NCBI GenBank assembly: GCA_018780035.1
Contig: JADMKE010000014.1
Span: forward strand, 73,271 to 137,270
Reading direction: 5' to 3'
DNA length: 64,000 nt
Source: Candidatus Sericytochromatia bacterium
GTDB taxonomy: Bacteria; Cyanobacteriota; Sericytochromatia; UBA7694
Below the pieces are notes generated by a model. That model did no database searches. It was not told the DNA's origin and saw only the letters and a program-made list of their open reading frames with translations. A program made the position numbers and the translations under genes. Below, one piece after another: positions 50,932-60,648 of the stretch; position 1 is the first letter of the stretch; every line of letters begins with the position of its first letter.

Positions 50932-51792
50932 TCAGTCCAGCTTAAATCCTTGAGCTATATAAAATTTGAAAAGAGGGGTTTTCATAAATTCAGGAGCAAA
51001 AGATCCATAAAATCTCAGAAGAGCTTCTGTTTTTGATTTTATTGCTGGATATGTACTCGCTAATTCAATGATATGCTCAGGCTGAGAAAAGACCATGCCT
51101 GCAAAAGTATTAAAATCTTCTTCTAGGTCAGAAGTCGAGTACTGGCTTAAAAAACCGATTTTGAGCAAAGCGGTTTCTTCTTCTGTTTTAAATCCTTCCT
51201 TCAGAGCTTCAGTTCCTGGATTTTCCTTTGTTTCATAGACATACTGAAAGTTTTTGGGGTTAATTTTTCGCCACTCAGAAACTGGGAAATTAAATTTTTT
51301 TAATAAAATAGAGCTGAATTCATGATGAAATGAATCCAAAACAAAGAGACGGTTATCTGTGGATGTTTGATCAGAGAAATTGGCAATAAACAAATCCCCC
51401 TTACCCCTCTCATCATAAAAAGCATATGTTGCCCCATACAATTGGCCATAGAGGTAAAGTCTTTTTGAAATCGCAATGGCACTCAGGCTTTCACTTATAA
51501 CTTTCTTGGGGTAGTTTCCCAATGCTTCTTTTAATGTTTCACAGAAAACAGCCCCGCTGCCAATATCTATAGATTCCGAGTGGGCATCCATAGGGGGTTC
51601 TCTCCATGAGGAATAGAAGACAGAATCGGGCTTCTCATAAACAATTTTAATGGCATAGTCTTTTTCTAAGCCAGATACGCAGCCCTCAAAAGAGGATGTA
51701 TCCCCTTTGCTTTGGGGGATACATCCTAAAAAGAAAAAACAGAATAGCAAAAACCGAGCACGAACACGCTTTAACATGAGAGGGTCTGGCAC
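50932..51792 (-). CDS. Low-GC hypothetical lipoprotein
   Basis: Lipobox-like FFLGC; low GC. Confidence 0.45.
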   Translation of the reverse strand: MPDPLMLKRVRARFLLFCFFFLGCIPQSKGDTSSFEGCVSGLEKDYAIKIVYEKPDSVFYSSWREPPMDAHSESIDIGSGAVFCETLKEALGNYPKKVISESLSAIAISKRLYLYGQLYGATYAFYDERGKGDLFIANFSDQTSTDNRLFVLDSFHHEFSSILLKKFNFPVSEWRKINPKNFQYVYETKENPGTEALKEGFKTEEETALLKIGFLSQYSTSDLEEDFNTFAGMVFSQPEHIIELASTYPAIKSKTEALLRFYGSFAPEFMKTPLFKFYIAQGFKLD

Positions 51793-52251
51793 TCAGTCTT
51801 CTGAATTTTTAGTCAATTTGTTTGGGCTTAGGAATCGGTCCTGGTACAGGAGGCTTGGGTGTTCCACCAGAAGGCGGCTTCTCAGGTTTGGGTTGTCATC
51901 TGGTTTTGAATTAACAGACACGTTCACTTTTTTACCCGGCTTACGTGGACGGCGGCGGATCTCTAAAAACCGCTTTTTTTCCTCGTTGGGGAGTGTGTCA
52001 TAAAAGCTCTTGACCAACTCCATAAAGGGACGGGTTAAAAAGTTTTTGAGGTTGTATTGGTAAATTCGGGTTGTGCCCAGTCTTTCAGAAACGAGAATCC
52101 CTGCCCGTTCATAGCGTTCGAGCTGCTTCTGCACCTGACTCACGGAGATCTCAAAATCATGGGCAATGGCTGAAGCGTAGGTCTTCCCATAATGATGAAG
52201 ATGCAAAAATACCCGCATGGCAGTGGGACTGCCTAAAATAGTGTCTAACAT
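51793..52251 (-). CDS. Winged-helix transcriptional regulator (low-GC island)
   Basis: MRVFLHLHHYGKTYASAIAHDFEISVSQVQKQLERYERAGIL, a wHTH pattern. Confidence 0.5.
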   Translation of the reverse strand: MLDTILGSPTAMRVFLHLHHYGKTYASAIAHDFEISVSQVQKQLERYERAGILVSERLGTTRIYQYNLKNFLTRPFMELVKSFYDTLPNEEKKRFLEIRRRPRKPGKKVNVSVNSKPDDNPNLRSRLLVEHPSLLYQDRFLSPNKLTKNSED

Positions 52252-52285
52252 AGACTTAGCATAAGGGAATCTGGGCAGATTTGTA

Positions 52286-52323
52286 AACCTACTTAATAGG
52301 TTAATCCACCTACTTAATAGGTT
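52286..52323. promoter_or_regulatory. Two direct copies of a 16-bp palindromic operator (AACCTACTTAATAGGTT) in the divergent promoter region
   Basis: aacctacttaataggtt (5 nt) acctacttaataggtt. Confidence 0.5.
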
Positions 52324-52424
52324 GATTTTATTAAAGAAGTTTTATTTTTTGTTCAAGTCATTTCGAATATTTCGATTAAAATGTTATGATACGGACGAAC
52401 AGCTATCAAGTATCATTGTGAATA

Positions 52425-52901
52425 TTGAGAGGGATGAGTATGACAGGTGCCCTTGCTGAATTGATGAAGCCGACCGAAGCTGAATCTCAACAGGCCAAAG
52501 AGACCGGTCGTCTCTTGGCTCGTCTCCTGCCTAAGCACTCTGAAGATCTACAACTCCAAGCAACGGATGTTCAGGGACAGAAACAAGCGATTCTTTTGCC
52601 TGCCTCAGCTGTCAAACTACTGGTTGCTCTGCTTGCTGAGATGGCTCAAGGCCATGCGGTTACACTGGTTCCCTATCATGCAGAATTAACCACTCAGCAA
52701 GCAGCGGATTTTTTAAATGTTTCGAGGCCCTATCTGGTGAAGCTCCTTGAAAGAGGGGAAATGCCCTTTCATAAAACGGGCAAGCATCGCCGGGTCCGCT
52801 TTGAGGATCTTCTTGTTTATCAGCAGAAGCTGAGAGAGGCCCGCTCCCTGGCTTTAGATCAGCTGACCGCTGAAGCCCAAGAGCTGGATCTCGGATATTG
52901 A
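52425..52901 (+). CDS. HTH (excisionase/MerR-like) DNA-binding antitoxin paired with a PIN toxin
   Basis: LTTQQAADFLNVSRPYLVKLLERGEMPFHKTGKHRRVRFEDL HTH; gene pair separated by 6 nt. Confidence 0.6.
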   Translation: MRGMSMTGALAELMKPTEAESQQAKETGRLLARLLPKHSEDLQLQATDVQGQKQAILLPASAVKLLVALLAEMAQGHAVTLVPYHAELTTQQAADFLNVSRPYLVKLLERGEMPFHKTGKHRRVRFEDLLVYQQKLREARSLALDQLTAEAQELDLGY

Positions 52902-52907
52902 ATTAGA

Positions 52908-53474
52908 GTGGTCTTTTCTGTTTTATTTGATGCCTGTGTATTTTTCCCAGCTCCGTTGCGGGATTTTTTACTGACTTTGGCAGAAACCGAGCTATTTCGA
53001 GCCAGGTGGACAGATCAGATTCACGAAGAATGGACCCGGAATTTGCTTCTACGAAGGCCGGATTTGAATCCTGAACGCCTCAAGCAGACCTGCCGGACAA
53101 TGAATCAATTCTTCCCTGATTCTCTGATTCAAGGGTATGAAGATTTGATTCCCCATCTGACCCTCCCGGATCAGAACGACCGCCATGTCCTGGCCGCAGC
53201 GATTCGGGGCCGCTGTGAAATCATTGTGACCCTCAATCTGAAGGATTTTCCGCCATCAGTCTTAAATGAATATGATATCGAAGCCCAACATCCTGACGAT
53301 TTTGTACTCAATACCATGGAGCTGGGAATGGATTCTGTGCTCTCAGCGATACGAAAACAGCGTGCCCGACTCAAAAATCCCCCCAAAACAGCGGAAGAAT
53401 ATTTAGAAACCTTGGAACGACAGGGCTTACCCATGACTTATCAGAGGCTGAAAGGCTATGTTGAGCTGATTTAA
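52908..53474 (+). CDS. PIN-domain nuclease toxin
   Basis: VLFDACVFFPA (first acidic residue), further conserved D/E spaced as in PIN domains; pairing with the upstream HTH gene. Confidence 0.65.
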   Translation: MVFSVLFDACVFFPAPLRDFLLTLAETELFRARWTDQIHEEWTRNLLLRRPDLNPERLKQTCRTMNQFFPDSLIQGYEDLIPHLTLPDQNDRHVLAAAIRGRCEIIVTLNLKDFPPSVLNEYDIEAQHPDDFVLNTMELGMDSVLSAIRKQRARLKNPPKTAEEYLETLERQGLPMTYQRLKGYVELI

Positions 53475-54649
53475 TCCTCACTGAGAGGCGAAATCTGACG
53501 AATGAGCTGATTGCCTTTATCTGCGACTAATAGAAGTCCCCTTTGATCAAGAGTTAGCCCCCAAGGTTCATTCAAGGAAGCTAAATCACCTCGGCACTTG
53601 TCTCTTGGAGGACAGGTAGAACGTCCAACCAAGCTGATCAGCTCAGTTCTGTCGGCGCTTAATTTAAAAATCTGGTGACTAAAAGAATCTGAAATATATA
53701 AAATGTCATTTTTATCCACAGCAATCCCTGTTGGCTGACTGAATGGCGAAGGATAGCCTTTGGGGTTTGTTTTTAAACCAGGGGCAATGACTGTGACAAC
53801 CTCTCTATTTCTGGTAATTTTTCGGAGGCTGCGATTACCGGAGTCTGTCACATAAATTTCGCCTTTCGTGTTAATCGCCAAACCAATTGGGGAGTCAAAA
53901 CGGGCGTCAAGGCCTTTACCATCTTTGAGACCTCTTTCCTTTTGAGCAGAACCCACAAACGTTGTTAATACACCTTGCTCAATCTTGCGAATACAATGAT
54001 TGTCTGTATCCGCAATGAAAATGACACCATCTTCATTAATCACAATTCCTTGTGGGGCTTTGAGTTGAGCGGGTTCTCCTTCAAGTTTCAGTACGGGTGT
54101 TTTTACCTCTACAACTTCGTCAGAAGTATTCGAAGAATTTAAATACCTAATTTGTTTTGAAAGAATGGAGGTACGTGCTGTATCTGGACCTAAGACAATG
54201 ATAATATTGTTATCTTTATCTATGGCCAGAGTTGGGACAATATCCCGTGGTTTTATGTACCCACCCCCAAAATCTCCTGGTCTCTTGGTATTGGTGAGTA
54301 TCTTTGCAAATCCAGTTGATGGTAAAGTTTTTGTATCCCCATTTTCCAAATCTATTTGATAAACAATGTCTGAGCGTTCTCCCCCAACTGTGGAATAGAG
54401 TTTATTGTCCTTATCTAAAGCAATCCATGTTGGTTTTTCTAAGGACTGATTGGTCTTTAAAGCTGTTATATTTACTTTATCCGCCCGCATCAAATGACTC
54501 TCAACCCATTGATTGCGAGCAGTAGGTACTAACAAGGAATAAGGGTGTTTCTGTACTGCGAATTTTTCTTCATTTAAATTGATGCTGCACGCCAATAAAC
54601 CACTGAATAATGAGAATAAACCCATCCATTTGAATAAGTGAAATGGCAT
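53471..54649 (-). CDS. NHL-repeat lipoprotein (beta-propeller)
   Basis: Repeated GxxxFxxPxGIAVDxxGNIYVxD units; lipobox LLAC. Confidence 0.75.
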   Translation of the reverse strand: MPFHLFKWMGLFSLFSGLLACSINLNEEKFAVQKHPYSLLVPTARNQWVESHLMRADKVNITALKTNQSLEKPTWIALDKDNKLYSTVGGERSDIVYQIDLENGDTKTLPSTGFAKILTNTKRPGDFGGGYIKPRDIVPTLAIDKDNNIIIVLGPDTARTSILSKQIRYLNSSNTSDEVVEVKTPVLKLEGEPAQLKAPQGIVINEDGVIFIADTDNHCIRKIEQGVLTTFVGSAQKERGLKDGKGLDARFDSPIGLAINTKGEIYVTDSGNRSLRKITRNREVVTVIAPGLKTNPKGYPSPFSQPTGIAVDKNDILYISDSFSHQIFKLSADRTELISLVGRSTCPPRDKCRGDLASLNEPWGLTLDQRGLLLVADKGNQLIRQISPLSED

Positions 54650-54666
54650 CTCAGCCCCCCCCTATT

Positions 54667-56646
54667 TTAAGCAAAGTACTGCGTCCAAAAGGCATTGGTC
54701 AGCAGGCGGTTCTTGGAGATCACCCGCAGCGTGCTGCCGGTGTGCTTTTCGATCAGGCGGTAGTTTTGTGGCTCGACTTTGAGCTCGGTTTCGAGCGTAT
54801 TGGTCAGCAATTGCTCCAACATGCGCGTGCAGGCCTCGGCTGAGCGCACGACCAAAATGCCATTGAGCACCCCCGAAGAGAGAATCACCTGCAAGGCCAG
54901 CGGGTGCACCTCTTTAAAGGTATGTGCCCGGCGCTCAAAAAACAGCGCGGCCTGCACCAATTTGTCGATCAAGACCCCACGCAAATTCTCGGGCAGCAGG
55001 GGCCGCGCCGTTGGCCGCGAGCGCAGGGTCAATTCATCGAGCCAAGCACGGGCCTGAATCTGACTGTCGGGATCGAGCTCTTTGATCTCGCCATAGAGGT
55101 CAAAATCTGCCCAATGCTGTTCGATCAACTCGGCAAGGGCCTGTGGGGCCAATTTTTGCAATTGGGCGGTTAAAATCTTGCCGACCATGCCCTGCCGATC
55201 GAGGTCTTCATCCAGTTCCAGCTTCAAATCCTGCATCCAGACGCGCAGGGAATGTTCGTGTTCGCGCATGAGCGATTCGCTGTTGATCCCCTCTGCCGCT
55301 GAAAAGAGGCGGGGCACGTAGACGATCACGGGTTTGCCCTGGCCCAGTGCCACCGAGGCCTCGGAGTCTTTGCCAAAGGTATCCCCTTTTTGGGCCATAT
55401 AAATGGTCAAGCTGGCGCGTTTGAGCATCAGGGCCTCGACCAGGCCTTTGGCTACCCGGTCGGAGATCCACGAGAGGGTGGGATTAAAATAGCGCAGGTG
55501 CAAAGGCGCAATCCGGGGATCGTTAAAAATCGTCTCAACAAAGGTATTCACCGAGATAAAATCCGCCCGCTCGCGCATGGAAGTGGCGATGTAGACGTCC
55601 ATAAAGGGTTCGGTGAGATAAGCCGAAAGGTTTTGCTGGCCCATTTCTTGGGTTTCTTCGATCCGGGCCAGATCTTCGTCTTCGGGCGCCAGCCGGGCGG
55701 CTTCGCGCCGCACCTCGTCGGGGTCGACCTTGTTAAACAGGGTCTCTTCGATTTCAAGATCGGAGTCAAATTTGCGCAAGAGCGTCTGAATTCTGTGCAG
55801 TTTTTTGCTGGCAAAGAGCAAAATACTGCGCTGCACGTCTTCTTCGAGCCAAGTCGCCAACTCCAATAATTTGCTGTGCAACTCATGGCGCTCACGGTTT
55901 TCCCGGCGCACGCGCTCAGCAGAGATATACCCCAAATCGTCGAGGCGCTCGCGGGCAATCGGGCGAATCGTCTCAAAGGGGCGACGCAGGGTATACATCA
56001 TCTTGCTGATCGTCTCCAGCGGGGCCAAGGCATCAGCCAAAGCCACTTCTTCACAATTGGAGAGGGTTTTGTAAGCTTTGCGGAAAGAGCCATAAATGCG
56101 AATCGCCGTGGTCTGAAAGCGGCGCACCCGCTCTTCAAATTGGGCCACCGAGGCAAAATTACTCTGGCCGAGAAAACGCCGATAAAAAGCAGGGGTCACG
56201 CTGCGTTCGCCGTAAAAGGTCAGCAGGGCGTTAAAATGGGCGTGGGCCTGTACCATGCTCATCTGCACCTGGGCATCGAGCACATACTCGCTGATCGCTT
56301 CGATCAACATGCCCTGTGAGAGCGGGTCGAGGGTTTCCAGATTCAGACTTTTGCCGAGCATTTCCGACAAAGCCGCTTCAAAGGCAATGGCACTGAGATA
56401 ATCATCGTGGGTGACCACGCGCCAATCGGGGTCTTCCCCCATGTCTAAGACATCCGCCAGCAGGGTGAGGTCTTCGGGGCTGGGCATGCGCCGCCCCTGC
56501 TCCAAAAGGGTAATCACATTGCGACTGCGGCCCATGTGATCGGCCAATTTTTTTTGAGTCAAATTGTGACGCAAGCGGTATTTCAGTACAATATCCCCAA
56601 TCCGGCGAATGCCGGGCTGGATCTCTTCGGGACCGTGTTCAGCCAT
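54667..56646 (-). CDS. 659-aa XRE-family HTH protein with a nucleoside-2-deoxyribosyltransferase-like (NDT/SLOG-like Rossmann) domain and a C-terminal helical domain
   Basis: HTH LRHNLTQKKLADHMGRSRNVITLLEQGRRMPSPEDLTLLADVL; mid-region VYIATSMRERADF...ASLTIYMAQKGDTFGKDSEASVALGQGKPVIVYVP resembles the NDT-family pattern (DxGTAxExGYAxAxGKPV). Confidence 0.55.
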   Translation of the reverse strand: MAEHGPEEIQPGIRRIGDIVLKYRLRHNLTQKKLADHMGRSRNVITLLEQGRRMPSPEDLTLLADVLDMGEDPDWRVVTHDDYLSAIAFEAALSEMLGKSLNLETLDPLSQGMLIEAISEYVLDAQVQMSMVQAHAHFNALLTFYGERSVTPAFYRRFLGQSNFASVAQFEERVRRFQTTAIRIYGSFRKAYKTLSNCEEVALADALAPLETISKMMYTLRRPFETIRPIARERLDDLGYISAERVRRENRERHELHSKLLELATWLEEDVQRSILLFASKKLHRIQTLLRKFDSDLEIEETLFNKVDPDEVRREAARLAPEDEDLARIEETQEMGQQNLSAYLTEPFMDVYIATSMRERADFISVNTFVETIFNDPRIAPLHLRYFNPTLSWISDRVAKGLVEALMLKRASLTIYMAQKGDTFGKDSEASVALGQGKPVIVYVPRLFSAAEGINSESLMREHEHSLRVWMQDLKLELDEDLDRQGMVGKILTAQLQKLAPQALAELIEQHWADFDLYGEIKELDPDSQIQARAWLDELTLRSRPTARPLLPENLRGVLIDKLVQAALFFERRAHTFKEVHPLALQVILSSGVLNGILVVRSAEACTRMLEQLLTNTLETELKVEPQNYRLIEKHTGSTLRVISKNRLLTNAFWTQYFA

Positions 56647-56791
56647 GCTCTGCTTCTTTGCTCATTCTGATATTCAAGATTAAAATTTCAAGCAGCTTAA
56701 CACAGATAAAGCCTTCAACCAAGACACCCACAGGCTTCGCGCCTGATTTACGCCCAATTGGAAATTCAGAGAGACGGTGTATAATTGAAAG

Positions 56792-57184
56792 ATGAGTTAC
56801 GGACAGGATTTTGGCTACGGCACCGCCAGTGATCGCGGTTTGCTTTATTATTTGATTTTCCCAATGGATGTCTGGGGCAAACACCACCTTGACCCCGAAT
56901 ACCAGGTCTTCAGTGAGCAAAAACGCTATGAGATCTGGCCTATTTTTATTTTTCTGATGCCTGCTGTGGTCTTGGCTGCAGGCATGTTGCTCGATTTGGG
57001 CCTGTTTTCAGCCCTGTTTTTTTATGGCCTGGAGGGGATCTTACTGGCAGCGGTGTGTAAGTTTTACACCGAATTGGACGATTTCGGTTATGTCTTTGAC
57101 CTGGCCTTGAATTTCTGGCTATCTTTCCTGGTCTTGAGTCTGGTCTTTTTGGTGATTTTTGCGGTTATTGGGATTTTTCTCTAG
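56792..57184 (+). CDS. Small hypothetical membrane protein
   Basis: Three hydrophobic helices. Confidence 0.35.
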   Translation: MSYGQDFGYGTASDRGLLYYLIFPMDVWGKHHLDPEYQVFSEQKRYEIWPIFIFLMPAVVLAAGMLLDLGLFSALFFYGLEGILLAAVCKFYTELDDFGYVFDLALNFWLSFLVLSLVFLVIFAVIGIFL

Positions 57185-57222
57185 AAGCACGCGTAGATGG
57201 TAGAACACAGATAGAATCAAGG

Positions 57223-58632
57223 ATGGTTGTCAACATGGTACACAGATTTCATCACAGCTTCGCAGCACTGGCAGCAACAGCACTCTCTCTTTCTTTGATC
57301 TGGACCAGCCCCGTTTCCGCTCAAACGCCCCAAGTTGAAACCAAGCGCCCCGTCAAGGTCTATTCTTTGCCCGGTCAATTGGACAGTGTTCCTGTTTTTA
57401 ATAGCAACAGCCCCGAATTGGTGCTGGAAGAGGGCATTTTGCTCTCCAGTCTGCCCGGCCCCGAAAACAGCCAAGTGCCTTTTCTGAATTTTGCCTTTGA
57501 AGGGGATTTTTCGGTTTTTACCCACCACATTACCAAAGACAATACCCCTGGTGAACGCCTTTTGTACACGGGTCTTTTGGCCAGCAACCAAAGCGATCGG
57601 CCGATCAAATTACAACTCAAAGCCGGAGCCAGCTATCTCAGCCAGCCCGATGCCCTCTTTCTACCTCTGCCAGCCTTAAAAGCCAATCCCGACGCCCAGA
57701 TTTATGCAGGGCCTGGCGATCGGGTGGCCACCGAACTGGTGGCCGGTAAGTCTCAGTATTCCCCCATGAACTTTGAAATCCCTCCCCGTTCAACCGTGCT
57801 GCTTTCGAGCTTGCCCATTCCCACTGATGTGGAAATTCTGCCCCCGATCAATGGCCGCTCAACCCTGATGCATTTTCACAGCGATGGGCCCATTTATCTC
57901 TCCCATGTGGCCCGTTTTGCAGATAACGACGGCAGCGGGTTTAAGTCCCCAACCCTAGAGGATTACCAAAGTGTCCTCAACACCCGCAAATTGGCGGGTC
58001 CCCGCGACAATACACCCACCGTTTACGATCCTCAAGATCCTCCCCCTGGCGGCAAATTTATCTATGGCCGTGTGGCAGGTATTCAAAAGGGTGCCGGTTG
58101 GCATGGCAACTTCTTTCAAAAAACAGCGATTTTGCAAATGCCCGCAGCAGGCCAAACGATCGCTTACCCAATTTCATCGCTCTATCTCAAACGCTATGGT
58201 ACTGCCCAAAACCAAAGCGCTGATCTGTTTAAACGCTATCCCGACACGTCTTACCAAGCGCATGGCAATTACGGTGTCAATTACCAATTGAACCTGCCCT
58301 TTAACAATCCCGACCCCTTTTACCGCAATTATGTGCTGCGTTTGACCCATCCAGCCATGATCAGCGGCTCGGCCCCCAATGTCACCTTGACCTATCGCTA
58401 TCCCCCAGATAAACAGGTGGTCTTCAGAGGCAGTGTGCGTTTGGAATGGACCGATGAATTTAATCAAAAGCAGGATCATCTTGTACACCTGGCCTTGCGC
58501 CATGGCGAAGAAGCGCCCCCATTGGCCCTTTTGACTATTCCCCCCGGACGCCGTTATGATCTCAAAATGAGCCTGATTTATCCGGCAGACGCAACACCGC
58601 CCCAATTGCTCAGTATCGAACGACTGGATTAA
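57223..58632 (+). CDS. Secreted hypothetical protein (DUF-type)
   Basis: Signal peptide ending SPVSAQTP; no known catalytic motif. Confidence 0.55.
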   Translation: MVVNMVHRFHHSFAALAATALSLSLIWTSPVSAQTPQVETKRPVKVYSLPGQLDSVPVFNSNSPELVLEEGILLSSLPGPENSQVPFLNFAFEGDFSVFTHHITKDNTPGERLLYTGLLASNQSDRPIKLQLKAGASYLSQPDALFLPLPALKANPDAQIYAGPGDRVATELVAGKSQYSPMNFEIPPRSTVLLSSLPIPTDVEILPPINGRSTLMHFHSDGPIYLSHVARFADNDGSGFKSPTLEDYQSVLNTRKLAGPRDNTPTVYDPQDPPPGGKFIYGRVAGIQKGAGWHGNFFQKTAILQMPAAGQTIAYPISSLYLKRYGTAQNQSADLFKRYPDTSYQAHGNYGVNYQLNLPFNNPDPFYRNYVLRLTHPAMISGSAPNVTLTYRYPPDKQVVFRGSVRLEWTDEFNQKQDHLVHLALRHGEEAPPLALLTIPPGRRYDLKMSLIYPADATPPQLLSIERLD

Positions 58633-58643
58633 CGCCTTTTGCC

Positions 58644-59087
58644 ATGACTTTTGACATGAACGATGAAGACCGTTTTTCAGAGTCAACGCCCGGAGAGGGC
58701 CCGCTTTTCAAAGAGCGCAAGATTTTGGCTGTGGATGACGATCCCGATATGCTTGTGCTGATCACCCTGGTGATATCTAAAATTGTGGGGCACGTTTACC
58801 AAACCAATTTTCCGCGAGAGGGCCTGCGGCTGGCGATTACGTATAAACCCGATCTGATTATTCTCGACAACGACATGCCAGATATGAAAGGGGTGGAAGT
58901 CTTGAATAATCTGCGAGACATGCCCAATACCCGCCAAACGCCGGTATTGATGCTGACAGCAGACAATTCGGAGGCGTCCGTGAAGAAGGCCATCCAACAC
59001 CAAGCCAGTGGCTACCTGCTCAAACCCTTCAACCCAGTGAACTTGCGCGACGAAGTGGTCAAAATTCTGGCGGGACTCAAGCCCTAA
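58644..59087 (+). CDS. Stand-alone CheY-like response-regulator receiver domain
   Basis: KILAVDDDPDML...DLIILDNDMPDMKG...LMLTAD...K receiver pattern. Confidence 0.8.
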   Translation: MTFDMNDEDRFSESTPGEGPLFKERKILAVDDDPDMLVLITLVISKIVGHVYQTNFPREGLRLAITYKPDLIILDNDMPDMKGVEVLNNLRDMPNTRQTPVLMLTADNSEASVKKAIQHQASGYLLKPFNPVNLRDEVVKILAGLKP

Positions 59088-59101
59088 ACAAACAATGTTT
59101 T

Positions 59102-59146
59102 AAGCCCCAGACCCTTTCAAAATAGGGTTTGGGGCTTTTTTCATTT
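59102..59146 (+). terminator. Rho-independent terminator
   Basis: aagccccagaccc tttcaaaata gggtttggggctt ttttca. Confidence 0.65.
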
Positions 59147-59195
59147 GACAGCAATTCGAACAGAGACTTGACAGGGCCAAATCTATTTTGATATA

Positions 59196-59209
59196 CATCT
59201 AATTAGATG
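59196..59209. promoter_or_regulatory. Perfect 14-bp palindrome CATCTAATTAGATG (ArsR/SmtB-type operator candidate) overlapping a TTGACA-N17 promoter
   Basis: cttgaca...tgatatacatctaattagatgatt, 30 nt upstream of the arsR-family gene. Confidence 0.5.
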
Positions 59210-59241
59210 ATTATCTAAATAACTTAAGGAGGGCTGGTTCT

Positions 59242-59799
59242 GTGGATCAGCTTTTATTTGAACAATTATTGTCTTTTTTTAAGGCCTTGGCCGACGAAAA
59301 CCGCCTCAAACTGATCGGGATGCTGGCAGAAAAGGAGTGCAGCGTTGAAGAGCTAGCAACCCGTCTCAAGATCAGAGAGCCCACCGTTTCACACCATTTG
59401 GCGCGCCTGCGCGAATTGGACTTGGTGACCATGCGCAAAGAAGGCAATACCCATCTTTACCATTTGCAGGCCACGTCTCTGCACAAACTCAGCAAAGACG
59501 TGTTGTCACTGGAAAGTATTGCCGCTCCAGATCCCGAGCCAAACGAAGATCTCTGGGAGCGCAAAGTGCTCAAAGACTACCTGCAAGAGGGTCGCCTGAG
59601 CCAAATTCCCGCCAGTCGTAAAAAGCGCGAAGTAATTCTGCGTTGGCTGGTCAATCAGTTGGAATGGGAGAAACGCTATCCCGAAAAGGAAATCAACGCG
59701 TTTTTACTCCAATTTCACTGGGACTCGGCCACCTTAAGACGGGAGTTTATTATGACCCAATTGATGATGCGCGAAAACAACGTCTATTGGCGCATATAA
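59242..59799 (+). CDS. ArsR-family regulator with C-terminal DUF2087-like extension
   Basis: ALADENRLKLIGMLAEKECSVEELATRLKIREPTVSHHLARLRELDLV. Confidence 0.8.
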   Translation: MDQLLFEQLLSFFKALADENRLKLIGMLAEKECSVEELATRLKIREPTVSHHLARLRELDLVTMRKEGNTHLYHLQATSLHKLSKDVLSLESIAAPDPEPNEDLWERKVLKDYLQEGRLSQIPASRKKREVILRWLVNQLEWEKRYPEKEINAFLLQFHWDSATLRREFIMTQLMMRENNVYWRI

Positions 59800-60048
59800 A
59801 ACCACCACGAGCCAATTTTCCGGCTAATTTCCCGGCCAGTTGCCCCACCCTCTGGCCGGGATTTTTTCTGGCTTTTGGCAGCTGAAGATTTGATTAAGAA
59901 TATTAAGAAACAATTAAAATTAACTTTTTCTTAACCATCAGATAAATCAACCATAAGAAAGATATCTGGAGATACCCCCATAATAGGAACATAAAGCTCA
60001 AGTTAAAAAATTAAAATTCAAGTTAAGAATATAAAGAGGACCTTAAAA

Positions 60049-60633
60049 ATGACCATTACCGCTGTTAACCCCGCAGTACAAGTTCTCACCCCCCAAAATA
60101 CCTCCCCCACCCCTAAAGCAATCCAAACAAAGCCTACTGAAACCCAAACGCCCAGCATTCAGTCCGATTCTCTCTCTTTAAACAGCAAACAACCCAAACT
60201 CGGTGAATCCGTCAAAGAAGGTGTTAAATTCCAGACCGGCATGGGCGCCAAATGGGGCGCTGGCGGTGGTGCTATCGCTGGCGGTTTGGCCGTTCCCCTC
60301 TTGACCTACGCCTTTACCATGGGTGCTCCGCTGCAAAATCCCAAAATCTTCTGGGGCTCTTTGGCTGTAGGTGTTGTCGGTGGTGCCGTTGTCGGCGCTG
60401 GTATTGGAGCCGCAACAGGCGCCATGAACGGAGCTATCAACGGAGCCGTGGTCAGCGTCGCGAAAAACAAAACCCAAGCTCAATTGGGCACTGCAGCCCT
60501 GGCCGGCGTCAGCAACCTGGCTTACGACCTCTACAAAGGCAAATCCCTGCCCACGGCCCTGGTCTCCTCTGCGGTCACAGCGGGTGTGGCCGGTTGGGTC
60601 GGCGGCGTGATCTACGACCGCGCCACCAAATAA
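60049..60633 (+). CDS. Gly/Ala-rich hypothetical membrane protein
   Basis: GxxxG-rich hydrophobic repeats. Confidence 0.45.
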   Translation: MTITAVNPAVQVLTPQNTSPTPKAIQTKPTETQTPSIQSDSLSLNSKQPKLGESVKEGVKFQTGMGAKWGAGGGAIAGGLAVPLLTYAFTMGAPLQNPKIFWGSLAVGVVGGAVVGAGIGAATGAMNGAINGAVVSVAKNKTQAQLGTAALAGVSNLAYDLYKGKSLPTALVSSAVTAGVAGWVGGVIYDRATK

Positions 60634-60648
60634 AAGCTAAAAAGCGTT

